Source: an uncultured Methylomirabilota bacterium
GTDB taxonomy: Bacteria; Methylomirabilota; Methylomirabilia; Methylomirabilales; 2-02-FULL-66-22
Assembly: GCA_963705305.1 (NCBI GenBank)
Contig: OY970067.1
Coordinates: 3,040,001-3,104,000, forward strand
Direction: 5' to 3'
Length of the DNA: 64,000 nt
This document shows positions 30,708-39,487 of this stretch, piece after piece. The notes beneath the pieces were generated by a model. The model saw only the letters and a list, made by a program, of their open reading frames with translations, was not told where the DNA came from and did not search any database. The position numbers and the translations under genes were made by a program. Position 1 is the stretch's first letter, and the number at the start of each line of letters is the position of its first letter.

Positions 30708-31565
30708 ATGCCTGCACGGCCGCTCCCCGCGCTGGCGCTCCCGAAACGTCATCGTCTCATGCTTGCCGAGGCCGTCACGGCGGCGGCGGAGGCCGGCGCG
30801 CTGATGCGGCGGCAATTCCGGACGCGGCTGCCGGTGCGGATGAAGGGGCCGACAGACGTGGTCACCGCCACCGACGAAGCATGCCAGGCGCTGATCGTGC
30901 GGCGGCTGCGCCGGCGGTTCCCGGACCATGGGATCCTTGCCGAAGAGGGGCTGGATGATCGGCCCACGGCCGAGTGGCGCTGGATCCTGGACCCGCTGGA
31001 CGGGACCAAGAACTTTGCGCGGGGCCACCCCGTCTTCTGTGTCTCCATTGCCGCCGAGCATCGCGGGCGGGTGGAGCTGGGAGTGGTGCACGATCCGATC
31101 CACGGCGAGACCTTTACGGCCGTGCGGGGGCAGGGGGCCTGGTGCAACGGGCGGTCCGTCCGCGTCTCTCGCGTGGCCGCGCTGGACCGGGCCTTTCTGG
31201 GGACGGGGCTGCCACACCGGATCCGGCGCTTTGGCGGCTCGGTGGTCCTGACCTTCGGCCGGTTCGCGGTGCGCTCGCTGGGGGTTCGAGACCGAGGGGC
31301 AGGGGCCCTGGACCTCTGCTACGTGGCTTGCGGACGCCTCGATGGCTATTGGGAGCTGGATCAATCCCCCTGGGACATCGCTGCGGGGGCCCTGATCGTC
31401 GAGGAGGCGGGGGGCCGCATGTCGAATTTTGGCGGGGGCCCCTTCGATATCTTCGGCGGGGAGACGGTGGCCAGCAACGGGCGGATCCACGGGGAGATGC
31501 TGGCGATCCTGGCCATGCGCGGCGGCCGGCCGAGACGGTACGCCCCACCACTTCTCCGCGTGTGA
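30708..31565 (+). CDS. Inositol monophosphatase (SuhB-like)
   Basis: DVVT..D, LAEE, WILDPLDGTKNF, WDIAAG. GGAGGG before ATG 30708. Confidence 0.93.
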   Translation: MPARPLPALALPKRHRLMLAEAVTAAAEAGALMRRQFRTRLPVRMKGPTDVVTATDEACQALIVRRLRRRFPDHGILAEEGLDDRPTAEWRWILDPLDGTKNFARGHPVFCVSIAAEHRGRVELGVVHDPIHGETFTAVRGQGAWCNGRSVRVSRVAALDRAFLGTGLPHRIRRFGGSVVLTFGRFAVRSLGVRDRGAGALDLCYVACGRLDGYWELDQSPWDIAAGALIVEEAGGRMSNFGGGPFDIFGGETVASNGRIHGEMLAILAMRGGRPRRYAPPLLRV

Positions 31566-31670
31566 GAGCGCCATAGGCAGCGGAAGGCGTTCATGGGCTC
31601 AAGGCCTCCCGGGCTTCCGAGCGTTCTTCTCATCTGGTCACGGCTGCTTGTGAAAGCGGAAAGATAGGGA

Positions 31671-32339
31671 ATGCACATGACTCGCGATGAGCTCTCCCCA
31701 CTGCTGGACCACTCGGCTCTCCGGCCCGAGGCCACCGAGGCGGAGATCCTGGCGGGGGCCGAGGTGGTGCGGGAGTGGAAGATCGGCTTCTACTGCGTGC
31801 AGCCCTGCTACGTGGGCCTGGCCGCCTACGCCCTGCGCGACTCCGGGGCACGGGTCGTATCGGTTGTCGGCTTCCCGCACGGCTGCGAGCGATCCACGGT
31901 GATGGTCCGGGCCGCCGAGCTGGCGGTGCGGGACGGGGCTGCCGAGGTGGACATGGTCATGAACGTCGGCCGGCTGAAGTCTGGGCGCAATCAAGCGGTC
32001 GTCGGCGAAATCGCCGAGGTTGTCCAGGCGGTTCCCGGCATCCCGGTGAAGGTGATCATCGAGACCTGCCTGCTGACCAAGGACGAAAAGATCATGGCCT
32101 GCCGGGTGGTCCAGGACGCGGGTGCGGCCTTTGTGAAGACCTCCACCGGGTTCAACCCGGCCGGCGGCGCCACCGTCGAGGACGTCCGGCTGCTGCGGGC
32201 GACGGTCGGACCCCGCTTCGGCGTCAAGGCGGCCGGCGGCATCCGCACCCTGGCCGCCGCCAGGGCCATGCTGGACGCCGGGGCCAACCGGCTGGGCACC
32301 TCGGCCAGCGTCGCCATCCTGGGCGAGCTTCCGGCCTGA
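31671..32339 (+). CDS. deoC: Deoxyribose-phosphate aldolase
   Basis: LDHSAL, VVGFPHG, EVDMVMN, KVIIET, FVKTSTGF, VKAAGGIR, RLGTS. Confidence 0.93.
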   Translation: MHMTRDELSPLLDHSALRPEATEAEILAGAEVVREWKIGFYCVQPCYVGLAAYALRDSGARVVSVVGFPHGCERSTVMVRAAELAVRDGAAEVDMVMNVGRLKSGRNQAVVGEIAEVVQAVPGIPVKVIIETCLLTKDEKIMACRVVQDAGAAFVKTSTGFNPAGGATVEDVRLLRATVGPRFGVKAAGGIRTLAAARAMLDAGANRLGTSASVAILGELPA

Positions 32340-32494
32340 CGGTGCCGGCCTGGCGATCCTGGAGGTCTTCCTCCACGTGCCCGTCCGCTCCTTCTGTTGT
32401 CCCCTCCGGCGGACAGGATGGGAAGTCGCCTCGGCGGATCGTGACATCCGGCCGGGGCGGCGGGCAGCGCTAAAATGTCTCGAGGCAGCGTCTG

Positions 32495-33424
32495 ATGAAG
32501 CTGGTGCAGTTTCACCTTCCTGGAAAGGGGAGGCGAGTTGGGGTTATTCGCGGGGACCGGGTGCTGGACATCACGGCCCCCGAGGAAGGCTTGGAGTCGT
32601 CCCTGGATCTGATCAGGCAGGGGAAAGCGGCCCGCGGAATCGCAACCCGCGCCGAGTGGCTGGCCAGACATCTCCGCCGCAAAGCCTTGGATTGGCCTTC
32701 GCTGCAGCGAACGCCGTCGCGCCGGGCTCCGCACATCCTGATCCCGATCGAGCCGCCCGAGGTGTGGGGGGCGGCCTCCACCTACGCCCTTCGGCGGGGG
32801 GAGGGCCTCGGCGGAGATTTACGAGGGCGTCCGGGTCCGGAGGGCGGGCCCCGCATGCTGAGCGACAGTCCGCGCCCCATCCTCTTCTTCAAGGCCACGA
32901 CCTCACGTTGTGTGGGACCCTACAGCCCGATCACGGTCCGCAGCGATTCGCAGCGCACCCAGCCCGAAGCGGAGCTGGCGGTGGTCCTCGACGCCGAAGG
33001 GACCCTTCTGGGATTCACGGCCTGTAATGACGTGTCCGCCCGGGACCTGGTGGAGGAGAATCCGCTCTTTCTCTCCCAGGCGAAGATTTTCCGCGCCTGC
33101 TGCGCGCTGGGGCCCTGCTTGGTGACGCCGGACGAGATCGAGGATCCCTACGGGCTCCAGATCCGGTGCAGCATTCTGCGGGACGGCCGGACCATCTTCT
33201 CGGAAGCGGCCAGCACTGCCGGATTGCAGCACAGGCTGGAGGAGCTGGCCGGCTGGCTGGTGCGGGACAACCCCGTTCTTCCGGGGACCGTGCTCACTAC
33301 GGGGACGGGAATCTTCGTCCCGCCGGCGCTGGCCCTTCAGGACGGGGATCGGGTGGACATCGAGGTGCAGGGGATCGGCCGCCTGAGCAATCCGGTGAGG
33401 GGGGCCGCCAGCCGCCAGCCGTGA
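32495..33424 (+). CDS. Fumarylacetoacetate-hydrolase-family protein (2-keto-3-deoxy-pentonate dehydratase-like)
   Basis: EVWGAASTY, RPILFFK, PEAEL, NDVSARD..ENPLFLSQAK, TGTG, IGRLSNPV. Confidence 0.85.
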   Translation: MKLVQFHLPGKGRRVGVIRGDRVLDITAPEEGLESSLDLIRQGKAARGIATRAEWLARHLRRKALDWPSLQRTPSRRAPHILIPIEPPEVWGAASTYALRRGEGLGGDLRGRPGPEGGPRMLSDSPRPILFFKATTSRCVGPYSPITVRSDSQRTQPEAELAVVLDAEGTLLGFTACNDVSARDLVEENPLFLSQAKIFRACCALGPCLVTPDEIEDPYGLQIRCSILRDGRTIFSEAASTAGLQHRLEELAGWLVRDNPVLPGTVLTTGTGIFVPPALALQDGDRVDIEVQGIGRLSNPVRGAASRQP

Positions 33425-33483
33425 CCGCCCGACCTCGAACCGCAAACCTCGAACACCGATTCCCCGCCCCGTGGCCCCGCAGG

Positions 33484-33954
33484 TCAGAGTGATTTGCGGG
33501 GAGGCCGCATAGTCCGGCGGGGGCCGGCCGCCGGCTCATCGGGGCTGCTCTGTCGGGCCATGGCTTGAAGCCATTGCCCGAGGAGTGCTCCCACCGGCAG
33601 ATCCAGGATTTCGGACCGGTCGACCAGGCAGAGACCGTGGCGCGTACGGATAACGCGCCCGGCCACCCGCCGGGTCCACACGACGTCCGCCTCCACGCGT
33701 AGCGGTCCGATGCCTGTCTGCAGCTCGACCGCGAGGCGGGTTCCCGGCCGGAGGCGCCTCGCCAGTTCCACCGCGCAGCCTCCGCCCCCGACATTCGCCG
33801 TGCGACCTCGCCAGCCGAGCCTGGCCCGGCCGGCGACAAGGGTGCAGCGGACCGGGAGGGTGATAGAGAAACGGGGATGGCGTCGCGGGGTCGGGATGAC
33901 GGTCTTCCCGCCTCCGCCGCCACCCGAACGGAGTGCGTCATCATGCTTCGACAT
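33484..33954 (-). CDS. PilZ-domain protein
   Basis: RRHPR (RxxxR), NVGGGG (variant of D/NxSxxG), ADVVW. Confidence 0.7.
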   Translation of the reverse strand: MSKHDDALRSGGGGGGKTVIPTPRRHPRFSITLPVRCTLVAGRARLGWRGRTANVGGGGCAVELARRLRPGTRLAVELQTGIGPLRVEADVVWTRRVAGRVIRTRHGLCLVDRSEILDLPVGALLGQWLQAMARQSSPDEPAAGPRRTMRPPRKSL

Positions 33955-34263
33955 CGGCTTCCTCTGCGGCCCGGGATCCGGGGCCTTGCTGGACTGCGGT
34001 TGCCCCCTGTCTAGCCTGATTCGTCGACAAAGTCAACCCAGGCAAGAAAAGGCAAGAAAAGGGGGCGCACAGCCAGGCTGAGACGCGGCCGGAGAAAAGC
34101 CCTTGACGCTCCCCATGCAGGTCTCTACAGTAATTCCGCGGTGTCGGGAGTCCGAGCGGGGCGGTATCTGCGACACCTCCCCAGCGCCTCCCGCTGCAGG
34201 TCCGGGGGGCGCGTTGAGAGTTGAGGAAAGCTGGGGATGGATGACCGGAGAGGAGGGCATCGG

Positions 34264-34695
34264 ATGCGCTGGATCGGGATCGCCGCCGCCCTGGCATGCA
34301 TCCTGTTGGCCGCGGAGGCTCGGGCGGATACGATCTACCTGAAGAACGGTCAGAGCGTCTGGGGGACCGAAGCCTACGAGCAGGGCGACACGGTCGTCCT
34401 GGAGCGGCCCGGAACGACACTGCGCTTCCCCAAGGCCCAGGTGGATCGAATCGAGAAGGCGCACATCTCCATCCCGAAATACTACTCCCCGCCGGGCACA
34501 GAGAGCGCAGCCTCACCGGCCGCTCAGGCAGAAAAGGAATCCCGGATGCGTCCGGTGCCCCCGACCGCCCCCGGCGGCGCTGCAGAGGAGAGCAAGCAGG
34601 AGGGAGGCGAATCCCCCAAAGCGTCCGGCACGCCCCCTGCGACCTCGTCAAGCTCGGGCGGCAGCATTTCGGCTCCGTACGCCGCGCCGCGCTGA
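34264..34695 (+). CDS. Secreted hypothetical protein
   Basis: Signal peptide ending ARA, then DTIYLKNG and a Pro/Ser-rich tail. AGGAGG upstream. Confidence 0.75.
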   Translation: MRWIGIAAALACILLAAEARADTIYLKNGQSVWGTEAYEQGDTVVLERPGTTLRFPKAQVDRIEKAHISIPKYYSPPGTESAASPAAQAEKESRMRPVPPTAPGGAAEESKQEGGESPKASGTPPATSSSSGGSISAPYAAPR

Positions 34696-34787
34696 GCGGC
34701 GGCCCTCCGGCCATGCAGGCGCCCCGGCGCCCGTCCCAGCCGCCGGTCGCGCCATGTTTCTTCGCTCCGGGCCCTCACCCCCGCCGT

Positions 34788-35879
34788 TCACACATTGAAC
34801 CGGATGAGCAGGATATCCCCGTCGGCCACGCAGTAGTCTTTCCCCTCGGTGCGGTGCAGGCCCTTCTTCCGGACGGCGGCCATGGTGCCGTAGGCCTCCA
34901 GGTCCGCGTAATTGACGACCTCAGCCCGGATGAATCCCCGCTCCAGGTCGCTGTGGATGGCCCCTGCCGCCTTGAGCGCGGTTGCCCCGGTGGGGATGGT
35001 CCAGGCGCGGGTTTCCTCTCCGCCTTCGCCGGTATAGAAGGTGATGAGACCCAGCAGGTCGAAGCAGGCCCGCAGAACCTCGGCGAATCCGCCCGCCTTG
35101 AGACCGAGGTCGTTGCGAAAGACCTCGGCATCCTCCGGAGAGAGTTGGGCCACCTCCCACTCGACCTTGACGCAGAGCTGGGTGGCGGCCACCCCCTGCC
35201 TGCCCAGCGCTGCCCCCAGGCGCGCGGTCGCGGCATCGGGCGAGCCCAGCCGAGCCTCCCCGACGTTGAGCAGGAGGAGCATCGGCTTGGCCGTGAGCAG
35301 GCCGAAGCCCCGCAAGGTTTTCGCCTCCTCCTCTGCGAGGACGAGATCGCGGATCGGCTTCTCCTCGATCAGCCACGCCCGGCAGCGCTTGAGGAGATCC
35401 AACTCCCGGATCGACTCCTCCTTCTTGATCTTCTTGAGGTCGGATTCCAGCTTGGCAATGCGCTTCTCCACGGTGTCCAGGTCGGCCAGGAGCAGCTCGG
35501 TGCTGACCAGGGAGGCGTCCCGCAGCGGGTCGGTCGTTCCCTCGACGTGCGCGACGCCCGGGTCCTCGAAGTCGCGCAGGACGTGCAGCAGGGCATCCAC
35601 CTGCCGCATTTGGCTGAGGAAATGGCTGCCCAGCCCCTCGCCTTTACCGGCTCCCCGCGTCAGGCCCACGAAGTCCATGAACTCGATGGTGGTGGGGGTG
35701 ACCTTCTTCGCATTGAAGAGCTTTGCCAAATGGTCCAGGCGTGGGTCCGGGACCTTCACCACGGCCACGTTCGGCTCCGCGTGGGCGTGCGGCCCCACGT
35801 GGACGCCGCCGGCCTGACACAGCAGGTCGAACAGGGTCGTCTTCCCGGTGGCGGGAAGCCCGATGATGCCTATGCGCAT
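34788..35879 (-). CDS. ychF: Redox-regulated ATPase YchF
   Basis: GLPATGKTT, VPDPRL, GEGLGSHFLSQMRQVDA, AAGAIHSDLERGFIRAEV, GDILLIRFNV. Confidence 0.95.
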   Translation of the reverse strand: MRIGIIGLPATGKTTLFDLLCQAGGVHVGPHAHAEPNVAVVKVPDPRLDHLAKLFNAKKVTPTTIEFMDFVGLTRGAGKGEGLGSHFLSQMRQVDALLHVLRDFEDPGVAHVEGTTDPLRDASLVSTELLLADLDTVEKRIAKLESDLKKIKKEESIRELDLLKRCRAWLIEEKPIRDLVLAEEEAKTLRGFGLLTAKPMLLLLNVGEARLGSPDAATARLGAALGRQGVAATQLCVKVEWEVAQLSPEDAEVFRNDLGLKAGGFAEVLRACFDLLGLITFYTGEGGEETRAWTIPTGATALKAAGAIHSDLERGFIRAEVVNYADLEAYGTMAAVRKKGLHRTEGKDYCVADGDILLIRFNV

Positions 35880-35928
35880 GACCGATGCTCCATTTACCCG
35901 CGGGAAATCCAGTGTAAAAACGGCGGGG

Positions 35929-35957
35929 ATTGTCTCCGCCCATCCACCGCGTGTCAA
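35929..35957 (-). promoter_or_regulatory. Sigma70-type promoter for ychF
   Basis: TTGACA-17 bp-GACAAT on the minus strand, 50 bp upstream of the start. Confidence 0.6.
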
Positions 35958-36225
35958 GTCGCTTCTGTGTGGGCCGCTGGGCGGCCAGCCGATGGATCGG
36001 GCAGGGCTCCACCATAGCACGCCGGCTCGCGCCGCCGCAAGCTGGGCCTCCTTGGAAGATGCTCGATGGCGGCGGGGCGCGCTCGTCCGTGGCCCTGCTG
36101 CCGCCATTCGGCTGCTCACAAATGTCCACGGGACCGCTCCTGTCCGGCTTTCCTGGTTGAATTCATCATCGCCTGTGCTATCGTCGCGGAAAATCAGGGT
36201 CCAACGGTCTCGGAAGGCGGAAGAC

Positions 36226-36717
36226 ATGAAGGCCTACCTGGACATTGAAACCTGCGAGGGCGGACGGGTGACCGTGGTGGGGATCTACCGGGAGGATCGG
36301 GGGTTCCGCCAGCTGGTGGGCGGCCAGATCACCGACGTGGGTGTGTGGCAGGCGCTGGAAGGGGTCGACACTCTCTGCACCTTCAACGGGGACCGGTTCG
36401 ATCTTCCCATCCTGGAGCGGCAGACCCGTCTGGACCTGCGCTCCCACTTCCACTCCCTGGATCTGCTGCGCGAGTGCCGGCGGGCCGGTTTAAAGGGCGG
36501 CCTCAAGCGCCTGGAGCAGCAGTTCGGGATTGCCCGGACCACCCGCGGCTTGAGCGGTTGGGACGCCATGCAGCTCTGGGCGAGGTACGAGGGCCAGGGA
36601 GATCGCGAGGCCCTGGGGATCCTGTTGGAGTATAATCGCGAGGACGTCATGAATCTCGTGCAGCTCGAGCGCATCGTGGTGGGCGTGGGGCTAGAGCTGG
36701 AGACTCAGGGATCATGA
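36226..36717 (+). CDS. YprB-like RNase H-fold exonuclease domain protein
   Basis: YLDIET, TFNGDRFDLP, GGLKRLE, YNREDV. Confidence 0.88.
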   Translation: MKAYLDIETCEGGRVTVVGIYREDRGFRQLVGGQITDVGVWQALEGVDTLCTFNGDRFDLPILERQTRLDLRSHFHSLDLLRECRRAGLKGGLKRLEQQFGIARTTRGLSGWDAMQLWARYEGQGDREALGILLEYNREDVMNLVQLERIVVGVGLELETQGS

Positions 36718-36785
36718 ATGTCGAATGGCGAATGTCGAGTGTCGAGTATCGAACCGTCAACCTCGAACTTTGAACCGTGAACCGT
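36716..36785. repeat. Degenerate heptamer tandem array (10 units, GAATGTC/GAACCGT type)
   Basis: gaatgtc gaatggc gaatgtc gagtgtc gagtatc gaaccgt caacctc gaacttt gaaccgt gaaccgt. Confidence 0.85.
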
Positions 36786-36805
36786 GACCAGGACCTGACC
36801 GAGTA

Positions 36806-38188
36806 ATGCGAATCGCGTTTGCGACCGTCGGCTGCCGGTTGAATCAGTTCGAGACGGACGCCCTGCGGGGAAAGGCGCAGGCTGCCGCCCTGGACGTCGT
36901 GCCCTTCGATGCCGTTGCGGATGTCTACGTCATCAACAGCTGCACCGTCACGGCGGAGGCGGACGCGGACTCCCGCCAGCTGGCGCGCCGGGCGGTACGG
37001 CGAAACCCCGCGGCTCTGGTGGCGGTCACGGGATGTTATGCCCAGGCGGCCCCCGAGCGGGTGGCGGCCATCGCGGGTGTGGACCTGGTCCTCGGCAACG
37101 CCGAGAAGCCCGAGCTCCTCGACTACCTCCAAGCCGCCCGGAAGAATGGGCTTGCCCGCCTGGCAGTCGGGGCGGTGAGCGACCGCCGCCGGATGGATCC
37201 CTACAGCCCTGTTCTCGACTCCGATCGCACGCGGGCGCTCCTGAAGGTCCAGGACGGATGCGACTACCGGTGCAGCTTCTGCATCGTCCCGGCGGTGCGG
37301 GGACCCAACCGGAGCCATCCGCCCGAGCGCATACTGGACGAGATGCGACGTTTGGCGGCGGCCGGGTTTCCGGAGATCGTTCTGACCGGAATCCATCTCG
37401 GCACATACGGGCGCGACCTCCGGCCCGCCGTCACGCTAGCCCACCTGTGCGAGCAGATTGCCGGCCTCGCGGAGTCCCCGCGGATCCGGCTCAGCTCGCT
37501 CGATCCGCACGAGGTCACCCCGGGTCTGATCCGTCTCCTGGCAGACTCGACCCGGTTCTGCCGCCACCTGCACCTGCCGCTCCAGAGCGGAGACGAGGCC
37601 GTCCTGCGCCGGATGCGTCGGGGGCACACGGCGGGCCGGTTCCGGGACCTGGTGGAGCGCCTGGCCGTGGAGGTCCCCGGCATTGCCGTCACCTGCAACG
37701 TCATCGTGGGCTTCCCCGGAGAGGATGAGCGGGCGTTCTGCAGCACGGTGGACCTCCTGGAGGCGCTGCCCATCGCCGGTCTGCACGTCTTCGGCTACTC
37801 CCCGCGACCGGGCACGGATGCCGCCGGCTACGCCGGGCAGGTCCCCAGGGCCGTCACGGCCGAGCGAAGCCGGACGCTCCGGGCACTGGCCCTGCGCAAG
37901 GCCGAGGCCTTTCGTCGGCGGCAGGTTGGAGAGACGCTGGAAGTCGTGGTCCTTCACCGGGAGAGAGACGACGGTCTCCTGGAGGGCCTGAGCGGGAACT
38001 TTATCCAGGTCTGGTTCGAAGGGGATCCCGCGCTGCAGGGCGGTCTGGCCCGCGTGCGGATCACCGGCATGACCGGCCGGGGGCTGCTGGGAAGGCTGGG
38101 CGACCCCCCGGCGCTTCCGGCGGGGAATCTGGAGGATGGGGCGGCTGAGCATCCCACCGGCTCCAAAACGGCGGGGAGAACCAGTTGA
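36806..38188 (+). CDS. mtaB: tRNA t6A37 methylthiotransferase (radical SAM)
   Basis: TVGCRLNQFET, INSCTVT, KVQDGCDYRCSFC, EIVLTGIHLG, LHVFGYSPRPGT. Confidence 0.93.
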   Translation: MRIAFATVGCRLNQFETDALRGKAQAAALDVVPFDAVADVYVINSCTVTAEADADSRQLARRAVRRNPAALVAVTGCYAQAAPERVAAIAGVDLVLGNAEKPELLDYLQAARKNGLARLAVGAVSDRRRMDPYSPVLDSDRTRALLKVQDGCDYRCSFCIVPAVRGPNRSHPPERILDEMRRLAAAGFPEIVLTGIHLGTYGRDLRPAVTLAHLCEQIAGLAESPRIRLSSLDPHEVTPGLIRLLADSTRFCRHLHLPLQSGDEAVLRRMRRGHTAGRFRDLVERLAVEVPGIAVTCNVIVGFPGEDERAFCSTVDLLEALPIAGLHVFGYSPRPGTDAAGYAGQVPRAVTAERSRTLRALALRKAEAFRRRQVGETLEVVVLHRERDDGLLEGLSGNFIQVWFEGDPALQGGLARVRITGMTGRGLLGRLGDPPALPAGNLEDGAAEHPTGSKTAGRTS

Positions 38189-38213
38189 CAGCCCGAGGCC
38201 CGTCAGTTAGCGT
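38185..38213 (+). promoter_or_regulatory. Sigma70-type promoter for the DapA-family gene
   Basis: TTGACA-17 bp-TAGCGT. Confidence 0.5.
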
Positions 38214-38273
38214 CACGCGGAACCCGCGGGCGCCGGGGCGAGGAGCTCGGGGTCACACAGAGGGAGCGTGTCC

Positions 38274-39164
38274 ATGGCACACGAATTGCGCGGCATCATC
38301 CCGGCGGTGATCACTCCGTTCACGCCGGACGAGCGGGTGGACGAGCGGGCGTTTCGCAAGGTGTTGAATCTTCTGATTGACCAGGGGGTGCATGGCCTGT
38401 TTCCAGTGGGGACGGGCGGGGAGTTCTCGGCGCTGAGCCCGGACGAGAAAAAGCGACTCATGGGGGTCGCGGTGGAGGAGGCCCGGGGGCGGGTCTTCGT
38501 CATGCCCAATGTCGGGGCCGTCACCACGGCGGAGTCCGTGGACCTGGCGCGCCACGCCGAGGCGGTGGGGTGCGATGCCGTGTCGGCGGTCACCCCGTTC
38601 TTCCTCAAACCCTCCCAAGACGAGCTGTTCGAGCACTACCGGGCCATGTGCGCGGCGGTCAAGCTGCCGGTGCTGGCCTACAACATTCCCGAGCGGACCG
38701 GGGTGAGCCTGAGCATGGCCACGGTGGCCCGTCTGGCCCGGGACGTTCCGAATTTCGTCGGCATCAAGGACAGCACGGGGGACCTGTCCGGCTCGGCGGA
38801 ATTCCTGCGGGCCTGTCCGCCCGGGTTCCGGGTCTTTATGGGGCGCGACACGCTGATCTTCGGCGCGCTCCTGTACAACCTGGCGGGTGCCGTGGCCGCC
38901 ACCGCCAACGTGGCGCCTGGCCTGGCCGTGGGGATCTACAACGCGGTGCAGGCCGGCGACCTGGCCAAGGGCCGGGAGCTGCAGGCGCGGCTGGCCCCCG
39001 TGCGCAAGCTGTTCACGGTCGCCTCGCACCCCGGCGGGCTCAAGGAGGCCATGCTGCAGCTGGGGATGATCGACTGTGCGCGCTGCCGGCGGCCCACCCT
39101 GGATCCCACGCCGGCCCAGAAGGCCGAGGTGACCGCCATCCTCCGGGAGGCGGGGCTCCTGTAG
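38274..39164 (+). CDS. DapA/N-acetylneuraminate-lyase-family class I aldolase
   Basis: GIIPAVITPF, GTGGEF, YNIPERTG, GIKDS. Alternative GTG start at 38268. Confidence 0.9.
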   Translation: MAHELRGIIPAVITPFTPDERVDERAFRKVLNLLIDQGVHGLFPVGTGGEFSALSPDEKKRLMGVAVEEARGRVFVMPNVGAVTTAESVDLARHAEAVGCDAVSAVTPFFLKPSQDELFEHYRAMCAAVKLPVLAYNIPERTGVSLSMATVARLARDVPNFVGIKDSTGDLSGSAEFLRACPPGFRVFMGRDTLIFGALLYNLAGAVAATANVAPGLAVGIYNAVQAGDLAKGRELQARLAPVRKLFTVASHPGGLKEAMLQLGMIDCARCRRPTLDPTPAQKAEVTAILREAGLL

Positions 39165-39343
39165 TAGCAGGCTGCTGAAAAAGGCCCATCTGCGGCGTTG
39201 GCGCGCTCGCGTTGTGCTGGGGCGTACGAGCGGAGTACGCCTCGCTCCTGCACCCATCCTCCGGATGGGTACCCGGCACGCCGCCTTGCATCTGGACCTT
39301 TTTGAGCAGCCTGGACGAAAGCAGGTATTTCAGCATCCTGCTA
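39165..39343. mobile_element. MITE-like non-autonomous element (~180 bp)
   Basis: Terminal inverted repeats TAGCAGGCTGCTGAAA and TTTCAGCATCCTGCTA (15/16 match), a second internal right end TTTTTGAGCAGCCTG, and internal hairpins. Lies between convergent genes. Confidence 0.7.
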
Positions 39344-39487
39344 GGGGTTCGACGGTCCGGATTCGCCGTTCAACGTTTCGTCGCGGGGGCTGTCTATCTA
39401 GAGGGGCGACGTCCGGGAAAGAGCCCCCACGGCTTCGGCAGCACGTGTCGAGTCTCGCATGGGGATCAGGGGACCGAGAAAAGCGCG

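Noticed and set aside
36716..36785. Possible CRISPR array
   Set aside because: Units are 7 bp with no spacers, and no cas genes are in the window.
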